Positions 1 to 19,677 of a stretch of DNA of 64,000 bases are shown here, piece by piece; within the stretch, counting starts at the first letter, position 1, and each line of letters opens with the position of its first letter. This stretch comes from the human T2T-CHM13v2.0 reference genome, Homo sapiens. The notes under the pieces are model-generated. The model was given only the letters and a program-made list of their open reading frames with translations, was not told the DNA's origin and did not search any database. The position numbers were made by a program, and so were the translations under genes. The DNA lies in the NCBI RefSeq assembly GCF_009914755.1, contig NC_060941.1, one strand, 5' to 3'.

Positions 1-1743
1 TCCGTGGGTTAGGATGAAGACCCATCTTCTTGCCTTGTCCTCCTCCACGAGGGGCTTATCCAGAACAAAAGCTGTTGGCAGTTCCTGGCCAACAGGTTCT
101 CCTCCTCCACTGCAGGGCTAGAAAAAGGTGAAAACAAAAGGGACATGTGCTTCTCTGTGGCTCTCGGGGTACAGTTCAGTCTCCCCACCATGAGCAAGTC
201 CTCCACGACTGACCGCCTACTCCCACCAGCACCTCGTCATCCCTCTTCAGCCCCTCCTCACCCTCTGCACAGTAGCCCCAGGAAGTTCAAGTTCCAGCTC
301 CTCCAGTGGGCCACTTTCAGTCACACCTCCAGGCCTTCACTGATGCAGTTCCCCCTACCCAGAACTGCCCACCCCCAACACACACAAACACACACACACA
401 CACACACAAACACACATGCACACCACCTCCATTGAATATCACCTCCACCAAATATCACCTCCACCAAATATCAAATATCAAATCCAACATCTTCCTGGTG
501 TGTTGACCCAACACTTTCTCCAAAGAATGTTCCCTGCCTCCCAAGACTGTGTTAGTTGTTTCTGCTGTGTGGCCCAGAGTCCCTGGGCTTCCCCCTAATG
601 GAATGCAGCATACTGTATGGAGGTGGCTGTTACCTGTTGGTCTCTCCGACAAGACTCTATGGGGGCAGACTCTGCCTGGGTCACTGTAGTAGCCCCAGCT
701 ACTAGCCCCATGCCTGGCACAGAGTAGGCCCTCAGTGATTACCCATTGAATGAAGGGGTCAATGACAGGCAGAGTCTCCACTTGGGGCTCCCAATGAGCA
801 GAGAACTTGGGGAAGCTAACCTTCCTCCCCACACACACCCCACCTTTGAATCTCAAGCTTGACTCTTATGGGTTTGGTGTTGATTCACTTCCCTGAGGTT
901 TCCCTCCATCTTGACAAATGCTCCTTCTGACAACCCCAACATGACTGAGTCATGGTGAGGGCAAGAGATGAAAGGAATCATGTTTGAGAGTTTGGCCTGA
1001 GTTCGGGTGAGGATGGCATGTCTCTGAGGCTGAGGGTGCTGGTAGCAGCAAAGACAGACTGAGGGATTCCCGGGTGGGAAGAAAGCTCAGGAATATCAAA
1101 GCCATCGGAGGACACATGAGTGTCACACCCAGCATGTGGGTGCAGAGCCGTCCTTAGGGACTGTCTGTCCTTGCAGGGTTATTCACCCAGGACCCCTCTG
1201 CACCCACACTCTGCTTCTGATACTCATGTGTTCTCCGACAGCTTTGATCTTCCTGGGGAGAGATCAAGGTAACTCTTGGAGAAAATTGAGGCCACAGCGC
1301 AATCTTAAAAAGTGTTAAAAATTGTTAGAGGCCAGATAGGTCGTGCTAAGAGCAGGAGGTAGGGAGCCAGATCAACACTGGTGTGGGTGACTTGGGCAAG
1401 GAACTTTTCTTCTCTGAGCCTCAGTTTCCTCATCTGTAAATGGAAGCAACAAGAGCAACCTCACACAGTTGTGAGAAATCAACAAAATGACATATGGAAG
1501 CTTCCTGGCCCATGCCTATCCTAGGAAGCTTCCCTAGCCACCATGGCCAGCTCAGGAGACCCCATCTGAAAGTACAGCCCATCCCTCTCATCACCGATGG
1601 CACTCACTCAGCACTGGCCTGTCTGCCTGTCTGCCTCTGGCACCAGACTGTGAGCCCATGGGGGCAGAGACCTTGTCTGTTCTGCTCACAATTCCATCTA
1701 TTCCCAATCCCTGCCACAGAATAGGCACCCAGTGAAGATCTGT

Positions 1744-1781
1744 TGAATGAATGAATGAATGAATGAATGAATGAATGAATG
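1744..1781. repeat. (TGAA)n microsatellite, L2-tail type
   Basis: About 9 TGAA units following an L2-like 3' end; a similar run lies at 26283-26311. Confidence 0.9.
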
Positions 1782-1863
1782 ACTTGAAGAGGGGATGAAA
1801 ATAGACAGGAACTCCAATACGAGATTTTCAAAAACAGGCAGGTGAGGACCCACCAGGCCTTAC

Positions 1864-2085
1864 CTCTCCTCACGATCTTTTAACTTCTTGTCGTACTATT
1901 TCTCCTGGGTTTTATTTTGTTGTTGTTGCATCATTTCTTGAACTTTCTTTCTGGTTTCACAAGAATTCCCTCAGACAATCCCAGTGGATCTCAGTCTAGT
2001 AAGAGGAACAGAGAAAGGAACTGATTTTATTCCTGTTTGGGCCTGAGATGGGGAGTGCTTCAGAGCCTGAAGCCAAGAGGCTGCA
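1864..2085 (-). ncRNA. Possible first exon of the lncRNA lying between KRT19 and KRT9 (LINC00974 by position)
   Basis: Strong minus-strand donor GAG|GTAAGG at 1864/1863. The identity rests only on recalled locus order and distance from KRT9, not on sequence recognition. Confidence 0.25.
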
Positions 2086-2385
2086 GCAGCAGCAGCAGCC
2101 TCCACAACCAAGCAGGACACTCCAAGGGGCGGGGACTCGAGATCAAAGCTCTAGAGATTTGGGTAGATATTTGCGGAGTGTTAGAATGATATGAATAATA
2201 ATAGAGACCCTCCTCTGTCATCCTCCTCCCTGCACCGTTTGCTCATTCACCCATTCCTTCCTTTGACAAGCACAGACCCAGGGCCTTCTAGGGGGAATCT
2301 GAGATCCCAGGAAAGAATCTACCTGTGCCAGGTCACTCGTCTTATTCTCAGCTCTTCATACAGTCATTGCTTCCCACGTAAGCCT

Positions 2386-2730
2386 TTTTTCTTTCCTTTT
2401 TTTTTCTTTTCTTTTTCTTTTTTTTTTTTTAATTTAGAGACAGTCTCATTCTGTTGCCCTGGCTGGAGTACAGTGGTATGATCATGGTTCACAGCAGCCT
2501 CAAACTTCTGGGCTCAAGTGATCCTCCCACCTCAGCCTCCCAAGTAACCCAGTAATTAGGACAACAGGTGCATGCCACCATGCCTGTCCAATATTTTTTT
2601 CTTTTTTTGGTAGATGCGGGGTCTTGCTCTGTTGCCCAGGCTGATCTCAAATTTCTGGCTTCAAGTGATCCTCCTACCTCAGCCTCTCAAAGTGCTGGGA
2701 ATACAGACATGAGCCGCCACACCCAGCCCA
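2386..2730 (-). mobile_element. Alu (AluJ-like)
   Basis: Poly-T head and dimeric Alu consensus on the minus strand. Confidence 0.9.
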
Positions 2731-4153
2731 CATAAGGTATTTTTGACAAGCCTCTGCTTATGGGATTTGCTAGCCTCTGTATTCTTTTGGGGCTCAATAA
2801 TTGCTCAAGGCCATAGAGAACAGGAAACAGAGCACCAGCTTTGGAGCCAGGCCAAACTGGAATTATATCTTTGCTTGATCATTTACAAGCTATGTGACCT
2901 TGGACAAGTTACTTAACCTCTCTAACTTAGAATTTCCTCATCTATAAAATGGGCTTCATAATCCCAGTGTCCTTGGATCAGACTTCCTAGATTCAGTTCC
3001 TGTCTCCACTGCTTAGGAGCTGTGTGACCTTTTCAGCAAGTCATTTAATCTCGCTAAAAATGTTTCCTCATGTGTAAAATGAAAACAAGGACAGCATCAT
3101 GAGATTGCTGTGAAGATTAGATACAGGGTTTATTCCCTTATCTTATATAAAATGCTTAGCGAAGTGCCTGGAACATTATTAAGTGCGCAATCAGTGTTAG
3201 TCCTTGCTCCTTCCTTGTGGACAATTGTTCTTACACTTAGTCGCCCAGCTCCTTTGTAAAGGAATTCTCCCTCTAGTGTCTGTGCCTCCTGGCTATAGAA
3301 GCCAGAAATTAGCCTTCCAGCCTCCCTTGCAGCTGGAGCACAGACACATGATCAGTCACACACATCACAGAAGCCTGTAAGCTGGGAGCTAATGTCCTAA
3401 AAAAGGAGGCACCTGGTGGAATCCATGCTGGAAGGAATAACTGCAGACCTCCAGTTTCTAGAAGCAGCAGCGCCACAAGTTTGGTGATAGCGCCAAGTGG
3501 AATGGGCTACTGAATCTGCACCTGCAGATAGTGGCAAGGGTGGGCTTGCTCCGGGCTGTGCTGCCTTCAAACCTGTTCCCTGCGAGTTCTCCCTGGAGAG
3601 TCTATGGCTTACCTAACATCCTTTAACAAACTGGCTTCAGAGTGTGGCTTCTGATCTTTGCAGGCAAAAACCCTGATGGCTACAGAATTTAGTAACAAGT
3701 GTGATTACTGGCATGAGACTTCTAAAAGATCTCCGTTTGGGTGTCCAAAAGACAATGTAAATTTAGCATGTCTGAAACTGACTCCCCATCTTTCATACCA
3801 GCCAACTTCCATCCCACAACTCCTATCATCCAGTTGCTCAGACAAAAGACTCAGAGACCTCCTTGACTTCTTTCTTTTACAATATGCAGTCCTTCAAGAA
3901 CTCCTGGCAGTGCTTTCTTCAGATGATGCTCAGAATCCAGCCACCTCTGACCGTCTTCACTCTGAGTGCCAGGGGCTCTTCACCTCCCTGCACACTGGGC
4001 TCTCTGTTTCTGCTCCTAGCCTCGCAGCCTCTCATCAAGTGGCCTGTCACTCCTCTGCTCAAGGCACTGTGTGTTAGGATGATCATCAGCACTAGCTGCT
4101 GTGCCTGGAGTGGTCCCCACACACGCTTGACTGCCTCCCTCACTCCGTCAAGT

Positions 4154-5128
<975 letters not shown>

Positions 5129-6467
5129 AAGTCATTGCTTATGTTTTACCTTCTCAGTGAACCCAACCTTGGCCATCCTATTTAACATTGCTCTCCTCCC
5201 CACCCTGCCATAGCACTCCAATCTCCCTTGATATTCCCTACTTCTTTGCGCACTTACCACCTTCAAGTATAGTATTATTTATTTCTTTATTACATTTGTT
5301 GCTCTTGCCCAACCCTTACCTATAATGCAAGCTCTATAGAGGCAGAAATCTTTGTCTCTTTTGTTCATTGATATATCCCAAGCACCTAGGACAGTGCCTG
5401 GCATAAAAGGAGCTTGATACATATTTATCCAGTGAAGTTTGTTGAATGAATGACATGAGAATCACTTTGGTTATCTGGCCTAGATGGGCCAGTGAAAATC
5501 TGGCTATGATTAAAATGAGCTTCTAGAAGCCCACAGCATGTGAATTAAATTGGAGTGGGCTTGTTTCTTTTAACTGTACTGAAGAGCTTAGAGAAGGAGT
5601 AATACACTTGAAGTTCTAAGTTCCTGATTCTGTAGACAGTCAGAGGACCAGGGACTGTCCACAATTATTCTTTAAAAATATCTCATTTCTTGTAGCTACA
5701 ATGCTGAAGTAGTTAATAAACTCAAAATTGACTTCTCCAAGTTGAAATCACAACCTTGCCAAGTCTCTTATATAAAAGTTAGAGCACTGATCAGGAAAGA
5801 GGGACACCCACAGAATTGGAACAGGAAGGTATTAGAGAATTTAATAGACTCCAAACTCCAAATTATCTTCACACTCTACCCTACCACCCTTCATTGCTTT
5901 CAGAATTATAAATAAGCCAGATGCCAGCATACCTGGGGGAAGAGGCCAATTACAAAGACAAAGCTTAGAGAAAAAGATTTACACACCAGGAGAATTTCAA
6001 GCTGCTGCTAACCTGTATGAGCAGAAATGTGAAGACTGGGATTGGGAATGAATTTTTGAACCAGCTCAGTTAATGTGCAAGCATTCACCAGAGACTGGAA
6101 GTTCAGCTACTAGCTTAAATATCTGGAAGTGGATCAGAATGGTTGCTCAGTTGGATGACAGAAACTGAACTCAATAAAGGCTTATTTGAAATAAAGTTAT
6201 TTCTAGAAAATCCTTTTTGTAATAAAGAAAAAGGAATCTGACTGCCTAGGGAGACAGGAATGTTGGGGTAGAATTATTGCGTGGAATCCATTCACTCATT
6301 CACCAACTGTGAGAGCCCAGAAGACACTGTGCAGACTCTGGCTTTTAAGAAATACGTGGATCGGGGGAACACAGCATCTTTGAAAAACACAGTTAACAGT
6401 TGTTCTCTGAGGATGTGGATGAAATATGCTGCAGTTGAATTAGGCCTCCTGATTTGAATGGAGATGA

Positions 6468-6920
<453 letters not shown>

Positions 6921-8579
6921 GGGTTCAGCTTTAAGTAACAGAAACCAATCTCACTTTCTTAACAGAAATAAATTTAATACAAGGCATTAGGTGCTTGCAA
7001 AATCATTAGAAGGCTGAAGAAACAGACTCTATATTGGGCTTCTGGGCATGGCTTCCATATTAACACCACAGAAGTGGACCCCAAGGGAACTCTTGGTCTG
7101 CCACAGTCAGAAAACTTGGGAATCAGGAAGCCACTACCAGACATGTTGGCCCCAGGACCATACAGTATACCTGGCAGACCTACACAAAGAAAAAGCATTT
7201 AACTTTTCCCCCTCTACTTCTCTCTCCACTCAACTCATGACTCACAGAGTGCATCTGATTGGAAAAACCTAAGCTATGGCTGTAGGGGAATCTGGAAAAG
7301 GGTAGATTTTAGATTACCAGCCTCTTGAGTATAGGAAAGCTCATCAGAAGGATGTTGAAACAGATAGGAGTGAGTCAGTCTTCCATATCTGCCACATTCA
7401 CTACCCCGCCCCCACAAAAGAAAACTTTAGGTCAGTAAGAGACCTGTCTTGAGCCCCATGATTCCAATTCCAAAATCGGAATTGGCTCATAGACCCAGAG
7501 AACTCTGAATGAAGGGGAGGCTTTGAGGAAGGGCCCTGCAGTAACATCACAAGCATGCACTATACGTCCACTGAGAGCCACCCTATGCTCAATAAAATCT
7601 TCTGCATTCATCACCTTTCAAACAGTTCATGTGACCTGATTCTTCCTGGACACCAGACAAGAACCTGGGTGTCCAGAAGGCAGGGGTTGCCACCCTGACC
7701 TTCCCATAGGAATCTGTGGGTATTTACAAGAATAGCTGACTCCTGAGGGAAGGAAAATACCCAGGCCTTTAGGGATGATTGGACGCTGGCTCCAAACCAA
7801 TTCTAATCTCTGAAAATGCAGAGCAATACTGTGGTTCCCCAGTTAGAATGGAAGCTCATGTGAGTGTAGGTTGTATCTGTCATCTTGTCACTATTCTTTT
7901 CCAGGCAGATCTAAAAACTACATTTACCAGCCTCCCTTGCCACTAAGATGAGCTGAGCAATTTAGGTTCTACTAGTCAGACGCACCCATGTGGACTTGGT
8001 TTAGAAGGGAAGTAGGTGAGGAAATGAGGTTCACCTGGGACATCCAGCTTACTGGTATGGACAGCAGAAGCAGCGTGGCTCTGCAACTCCAGCTGAGTCC
8101 AGAATTAGTGCAGAATGGACTCAGAAGGCTCCAATCTGACTTGGTGGTTTCATGGTCTTGGCAGAGGCAACAACTCCTTTGGCAGATCCACTCTGCTTTG
8201 TCATTTGGAGGGTTCTGGAAAAATCACCCTAGATTCTGTTTCTCCAGCCCTCCTAATGATTCTCTAAGGTATCTAGAGCTCTTGAAAATCCCTTACTTGT
8301 TAAAATAGGCAAAGTAGTTTCTGGTAGTTGCAATTGAGAATCTAACCAATATAGAGATCAGATGACAAATGGAGTTTTAGCCCAAGTTTGCTTCTCATGA
8401 GCCCAGTGGTATCCCAGACCAATCCTGTGGTTATTTCCCAGTGTCTGGAGTGGACTAGACATAGTCAGTAAAAGGATCCTGATCCTTACCAGTAAGGATT
8501 ACGTGGTTTAGAAAAAGGACCAGCAACACTACATCTCTAAGGGAATGACAGAGATTAGTGCCACATGAAAGATTTGATG

Positions 8580-8691
8580 GGCCAGGAGTGGTGGCTCATG
8601 CCTGTAATCCCTGCACTTTGGAAGGGCAAGATGGGGAGAGAACACAGGAATGTAAGATCAGCCCTGGCAATAGAGTGAGATCCCTGTCTCT

Positions 8692-8727
<36 letters not shown>

Positions 8728-8892
8728 CAAAAATTAGTCTGGCGTGGTGGCACACGCTTGTAGTCCCAGCTACTTGGGAGCCTGAGGTAGGAGGATTGCT
8801 TGAACCTGGGAGGTCAAGGCTTCAGTGAACTGTGATTGTACCACTGCCCACCGGCCTGGGCAACAGAGAGAGACCCTGTCTCAAAAAAAAAA
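8580..8892 (+). mobile_element. Alu (AluJ-like) with expanded middle A tract
   Basis: Alu consensus with an A run of about 28 nt between the monomers. Confidence 0.88.
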
Positions 8893-9138
8893 TGATAAAT
8901 TTAGGGTTAACTTGCCTAGTTTTTCTGTGCAGAACATGAACAGATGTTAGAGAATAGCCATGAATTATTTTACAATTTATCACATGGTTGTTCCAACAGC
9001 AGTCGTTGATCCAGATTGTGTCCCTTTTCTAAAGCAGATCACCATTGACCCTGGCACCTGCTGTGGGAAATTCTTTTTTCTTTATCCCAATAAACAAAGA
9101 GTACCAGAATAAATATGCTTTCACCTGCAGAGAAAGCA

Positions 9139-10157
<1,019 letters not shown>

Positions 10158-10629
10158 GGCATCTTTTCCAGGATGTGCAGAGAATCAAACTTGGAGGGTA
10201 TGCAAACAGAAAAATTCCCCAAATCACACTCAAGGATTGCTCTAGGAACACACCACTGCTGTCACTTCTGGCCACCAAAATTGAAGCTCAAACTATGGAT
10301 GATGGGCACTGCATGTCTTTGCCAGAGCCGCTGCTATTGCTTCCTCAAAAAATCACATATCTCTGCCCAACCTTGTTCCTGCCATAAAAAATTCCACTCA
10401 GCACCTCCTTTAAATCAAAATCAAAGTCCTTCACTCCAATGGGGTGCCATGGTTAAAAAAAAAAAAAAAACGTCTTGTGCGGGCGCACCTGAGTGGCAGG
10501 GCTGTCAGGGGCCCATGCCCTAGATGCAGGTGAGCTCGGAAAAGCAAGTTTCTGACCTCTCCCTTGGGGAGCTTCACACTTAAGGTGGAGAATTTCCCAA
10601 ATTGAGGTAGAGAAAAGATACATAAAATG

Positions 10630-10947
10630 GGCCAGGCCTTGTGGCTCACACCTGTAATCCCAGCACTTTGGGAGGCCGAGGCAAGTGGATCACCTGAGAT
10701 CAAGAGTTCAAGACCAGTCTGGCCAACATGGTGAAACCCCCGTCTTTACTAAAAATACAAAAATTAGCTCAGCGTGGTGGCAGGTGCCTGTAGTTCCAGC
10801 TACTCAGGAGACTGAGGCAGAAAATCGCTTGAACCCGGGAGGTAGAGGTTGGATTGAGCTGAGATCGTGCCACTGCATTTCAGCCTGGACGACAGAGTGA
10901 GACTCCGTCTCAAAAAATAATAATAATAATAAATAAAATAAATAAAA
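10630..10947 (+). mobile_element. Alu (AluS-like)
   Basis: Full-length Alu; degenerate TSD aaaagatacataaaatgg / aaaagatatgtaaaatgg. Confidence 0.92.
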
Positions 10948-11227
10948 AGATATGTAAAATGGTAGATGAGGAAGACAGCAGGTAGCAGAAAAAGAACCAG
11001 AGAAGAGTAAACAGTTGCATATTAACAGCGGAGCGCTAGAAAAGAGATCACAGACTCTCACTGCTCAGGTGTCTTGCTAGAGCCACCTTTGACCCAGAGA
11101 CACTGATGACCTGCCTGCTCCCATATCCACAAATTCCAGGATCTTGAATCCCCCTGGGTTTCTGTGTCACTTCATTCCCTAAGTGTACTCTTACATAACC
11201 CCTCTGCCAGTGATTTGAGCCAGCCTG

Positions 11228-12360
11228 TGGCAATTTGTGTTTTCCAAAAATGACCACATCAATATATCCCATTGCATATGCTGTTCTTCAACGTGACATG
11301 GACACACCTCCATCTAGAGACGGGGTCTGTATTTGCTTTCTATTTCTGCTTAACAAATTACTGCAAACTCAGCAGCTTAAAATAGCACCCATGTATTAGC
11401 TGACAGTTCCACAGGCGTAATTGGATTCTCTCTGCAGGATATCACAAGGGTGAAATCAAGATGTCAGCCAGGCTAAGCTCTCATCTGAATTCTCATCTGG
11501 GGGTAATCTGCTTCCAAATTCTTCTTTGATCTTGGAAAACTTCAGGTCTTTGCAGCTGGAGGACTGCAATCTCCTTTTTCTTGCTGGCTCTCAGCTCCTA
11601 GAGCCCATCCACATTCCTTGTTCCATGACCCCCTTTCATCTTCAACCAGCAAGGGCACATTGAAATCTTCCCAGACTTCAAATCTCTGACTTCTGTGACC
11701 AGCCAGGCAAAACTCTTGGATTTGAAAGGGTTCATGTGATGAAATCAGGTCTGCCAGATAATCTCCCTCTCTTAAAGTCAACACATTTCAGAACTTAATT
11801 ACCAAAATCCCTTCACAGTAGCACCTAGGTTAGTGTTTGATTGAATAACCGGAAGAAGATATGTGTACAGCAGGGCCAGAAATCTTGGGAAAGTATCTCA
11901 GAATTCTGCCTACCACAGGTCTATTCCCTTTCCCTTGAATCTAGGCAGGCCTGTGACTACAGAAGAAGTGGCACTGTGTGACTTCCCCTTCCAGGTGATA
12001 AAGTCAAACAGCCTCTTTCTGGCGGTTTTTCACTTGGGACATGTGTCTTGGGAGCCCTGAGCCAGCATATAAGAAGTCGGGCTACCCTGAAGCTACCGTG
12101 CTGGAGGGATCACATTGAGACTCTCCATAGAGATAGAGAGAGATGTCCAAGGAGCCCCAGCGAGCCCAGGTATGTAAGTGACTAAGACTTCAAATGACTC
12201 CAGCCCCCAGCCTGTAAGCAGCAATGAAACCAAGAGGAGCAGAGACAAGCAGTCCCCACCAAGCCCTGTCAAAATTGCAGATTCATGAGCAAAATGAATT
12301 TTGTCATTTTAAGCCTCTATACTTTGGGGTAGCTTAATAAGCAGCTATAGTGTCTGGTAC
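11228..12360. mobile_element. Nested MLT1 (MaLR) LTRs; inner element about 11328-11917
   Basis: MLT1-like motifs ttaacaaattactgcaaactcagcagcttaaa, aattctgcctaccaca, ttttaagcctctatactttggggtag. Confidence 0.6.
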
Positions 12361-13089
12361 ATAGGCTGAGGGGGGCTATTTGTCCCTAGTAATAAAAAGG
12401 ATTTTTGACTATCAGAATCTTTAGAGAATATTGTTGGCTGATGTCTTGTGGAATGTCCCTTACTTTGCCTTGAAGGACTTTATATTTTTTATATTTTTTA
12501 CTTGAAATCTTGCAAGCAAAGACCACATCATTTTTGTCTTGTTTTCCTCCATAGCTAACACACAACGTGACAATAGACTATGGTAGATTGTTTGCAAAAA
12601 ATTGCTTCAGTTATTGCCCTCCCTATATCCATGCCCATTGCCATGTGACTTTGCAGTTCCTCCCCTCAAGAGAAGTCTATTTCCCCTGCTCTTGAATCTG
12701 GGCTAGGTTGCGACTTGCTTGGCCAATATAATACAGCCAAAGTGACTTCTCTGAACCTAAACCTCAAGATGCCTTGCATGTTTCTGCTCATGACCTTGGA
12801 ACACATGCACAAGCTAGTTGGCTGGAGGATGGGAGTCACAGACCCCATTCATCCTCATCACCCCAGCCAGCATCCAGCCAACTACCAGAGGAAGAGCCAC
12901 CTGGCTGACTTGCAGCGAACCATAGATGCATAAAGGGAACCAGAGCTTCCCAGACTAAACTGCAAAACTGTTAAGCTAAATGAATGGTTGTTATTTTCAG
13001 CCACTAAATGTGGGTTCCTTTGTTACAAGCAAAAGTTAACTAATAGAAAAGTGAACCCACACTCTTTATAACAGATTGATTATCCCTTT

Positions 13090-13375
13090 ACTCTGTCACC
13101 AAGGATGGAATGCAATGATGCAATCATAGCTCACTGAAGCCTCCAACTCCTGGGCCCAAGCAATCCTCCCACCTCAGTCTCTTGAGTAGCTGGGACCACA
13201 GGTGCCTGCAACCATGCCTGTCTAATTTTTGTTTTGTTTTGTTTTTAGTTTTTTGTAAAGACAGGTCTCACTATGTTGCTCAAGCTAGTCTTGAACTCCT
13301 GGCCTCAAGTGATCCTCCTGTCTCAGCCTCCCAAAGTGCTAGGATTACAAACATGAGCTACTGTGTCCCACCCAC
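13090..13375 (-). mobile_element. Alu (AluJ-like) just downstream of the KRT9 poly(A) site
   Basis: Alu consensus on the minus strand. Confidence 0.85.
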
Positions 13376-13419
13376 CCTATCCCTTCTTAATCCCAAAGAA
13401 CAAATGGGTCAAAGTCTGA

Positions 13420-13737
13420 GTTTGATTTGCAGTAGGGAAGCTTTATTATAGTCAAGATCGTGCAGGGTGTGAGAGCACCCCAGGCCAGAGAGAGGAAAGA
13501 GGTCTGTCTCCCCAACCCTGAAGGCATCAAAGCCAAGCAGGGTTGGAAGCCAATGGAAAGCCAGAGGCACATATGCCAAGTCAGTTCAGTCCCAAACGGG
13601 CACAGGGGCTTGTTGCCAGCTATTCCTGATGTCAGGATCCAATAAGCAGGCTTCATCGGGAGTCTGCCCATCTGGGGATGCTCAGCTGGGGCTGGGCAGG
13701 AGAAGTTTACAGAGGCTCTAGTATCGCGAAAGGAAGC
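13420..13737 (-). other. KRT9: KRT9 non-coding last exon (exon 8, 3' UTR)
   Basis: Donor AAG|GTAAGG at 14817/14816 lies 40 nt after the stop. Long polypyrimidine tract + CAG acceptor at 13738-13780. AATAAA at 13442-13447. The 3' end is approximate. Confidence 0.85.
13442..13447 (-). terminator. KRT9: KRT9 polyadenylation signal AATAAA
   Basis: tttatt on + strand, followed on the minus strand by a U/GU-rich stretch (13390-13412). Confidence 0.85.
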
Positions 13738-14856
13738 CTGTGGAGAGATGGAAGGGAGATGAGGGGGAGAAGGGAGGACTGTAAGCAGGAGCAGAGAGGT
13801 TGGGACTTGGGGGAAGATGGGGAAACTCGAAGCAAGGACACTAGAGCTCAAAGAGCTAGACAATCCTGAGGTAGAAGGACCCTGGGGTCTCCCAATCTAC
13901 TGGTCCCCATCTAATTCCTGAATCTCTGTTGCAGCAAACCTGACAGATGCACCCCCAAGTCTGAGGATGGGGGGCTTATGAGGCAGCCCCCTCCATTCAA
14001 CAGATTTGTTAGTCAATTTTTTGTATATTGAGGCAAAAGATGGCCCCAGCCTCACTCCTAGATGTATATCCATGGACCTGCAGTGCCACTGGACTCACAA
14101 AACCACATTAGACACCCTGCAGGGCAGCTCCCAAGCACCTCAAGTCTTCTCTGAGCTAAACATTCCCAGTTATATTACCCAGGCTTTTCCTATAATTTCA
14201 TATTACATTTTTATTTTATAAAATTCAATGTGTACATGGGAAAATGTTCCCTGATCTAGAGACCAACTCACCTGTGTGAGCCTTTCTTACATTTAGATTA
14301 TGTTCATCCTTTTGGCAGTTGCATCATGTAATACTTGTGCAAGCCAACCACTGACTAAAATCCCTGAGTCTCTTTTCCACCTGAACTGTTGCTGATCCAG
14401 GTCCCCCATCCTCATGAAGGTTGAAAGTACTGGCTGTGAAGCCCCACAGAGCTGAACCCTTCATTTGTGATTGTATGACTTTGAGCAAATTATTTTCTCT
14501 GAACCTCATTTTCCTTAAAATGGGGATTATAATAAAACCTACCTCATAGCGTGTGTCATGATAATGCACAATTTTCAACCCATCTCCTACACTACTGAGA
14601 CTCAGCCATGTGTAGATTTGGTCCTAGCCTCATCCTAGGCTCTGTCAAAAATAATGATCAATTCAGAACCAAGGGTAGGTCTCTGACACCTCACTAGAGA
14701 TTTCCCTAACATCTAGCTCTATTCAGAATCTGTGTTCCCCAGAGATTCAAAAATACTCAAAAAAAAAAAAGGTGAGACCTTGGCTCTCCACCCCACAACC
14801 TAGGATTGTCCCTTACCTTTTGTCTCATCTTGGTCACCAGATTTTGAGGAAGAAGA

Positions 14857-19594
<4,738 letters not shown>

Positions 19595-19672
19595 TCACGG
19601 GTTGAGAAGCAGTGATAGGAGTGCTACCGGCTCCCAAGTGCAGGGTACAGAGCTGTCCCTGGGGCTGCCTAC

Positions 19673-19677
19673 TTATA
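19673..19677 (-). promoter_or_regulatory. KRT9: KRT9 TATA box (GATATAAG)
   Basis: TATAA about 95 nt upstream of the ATG; GC-box-like GGGGCGG near 19808-19814. Confidence 0.75.
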
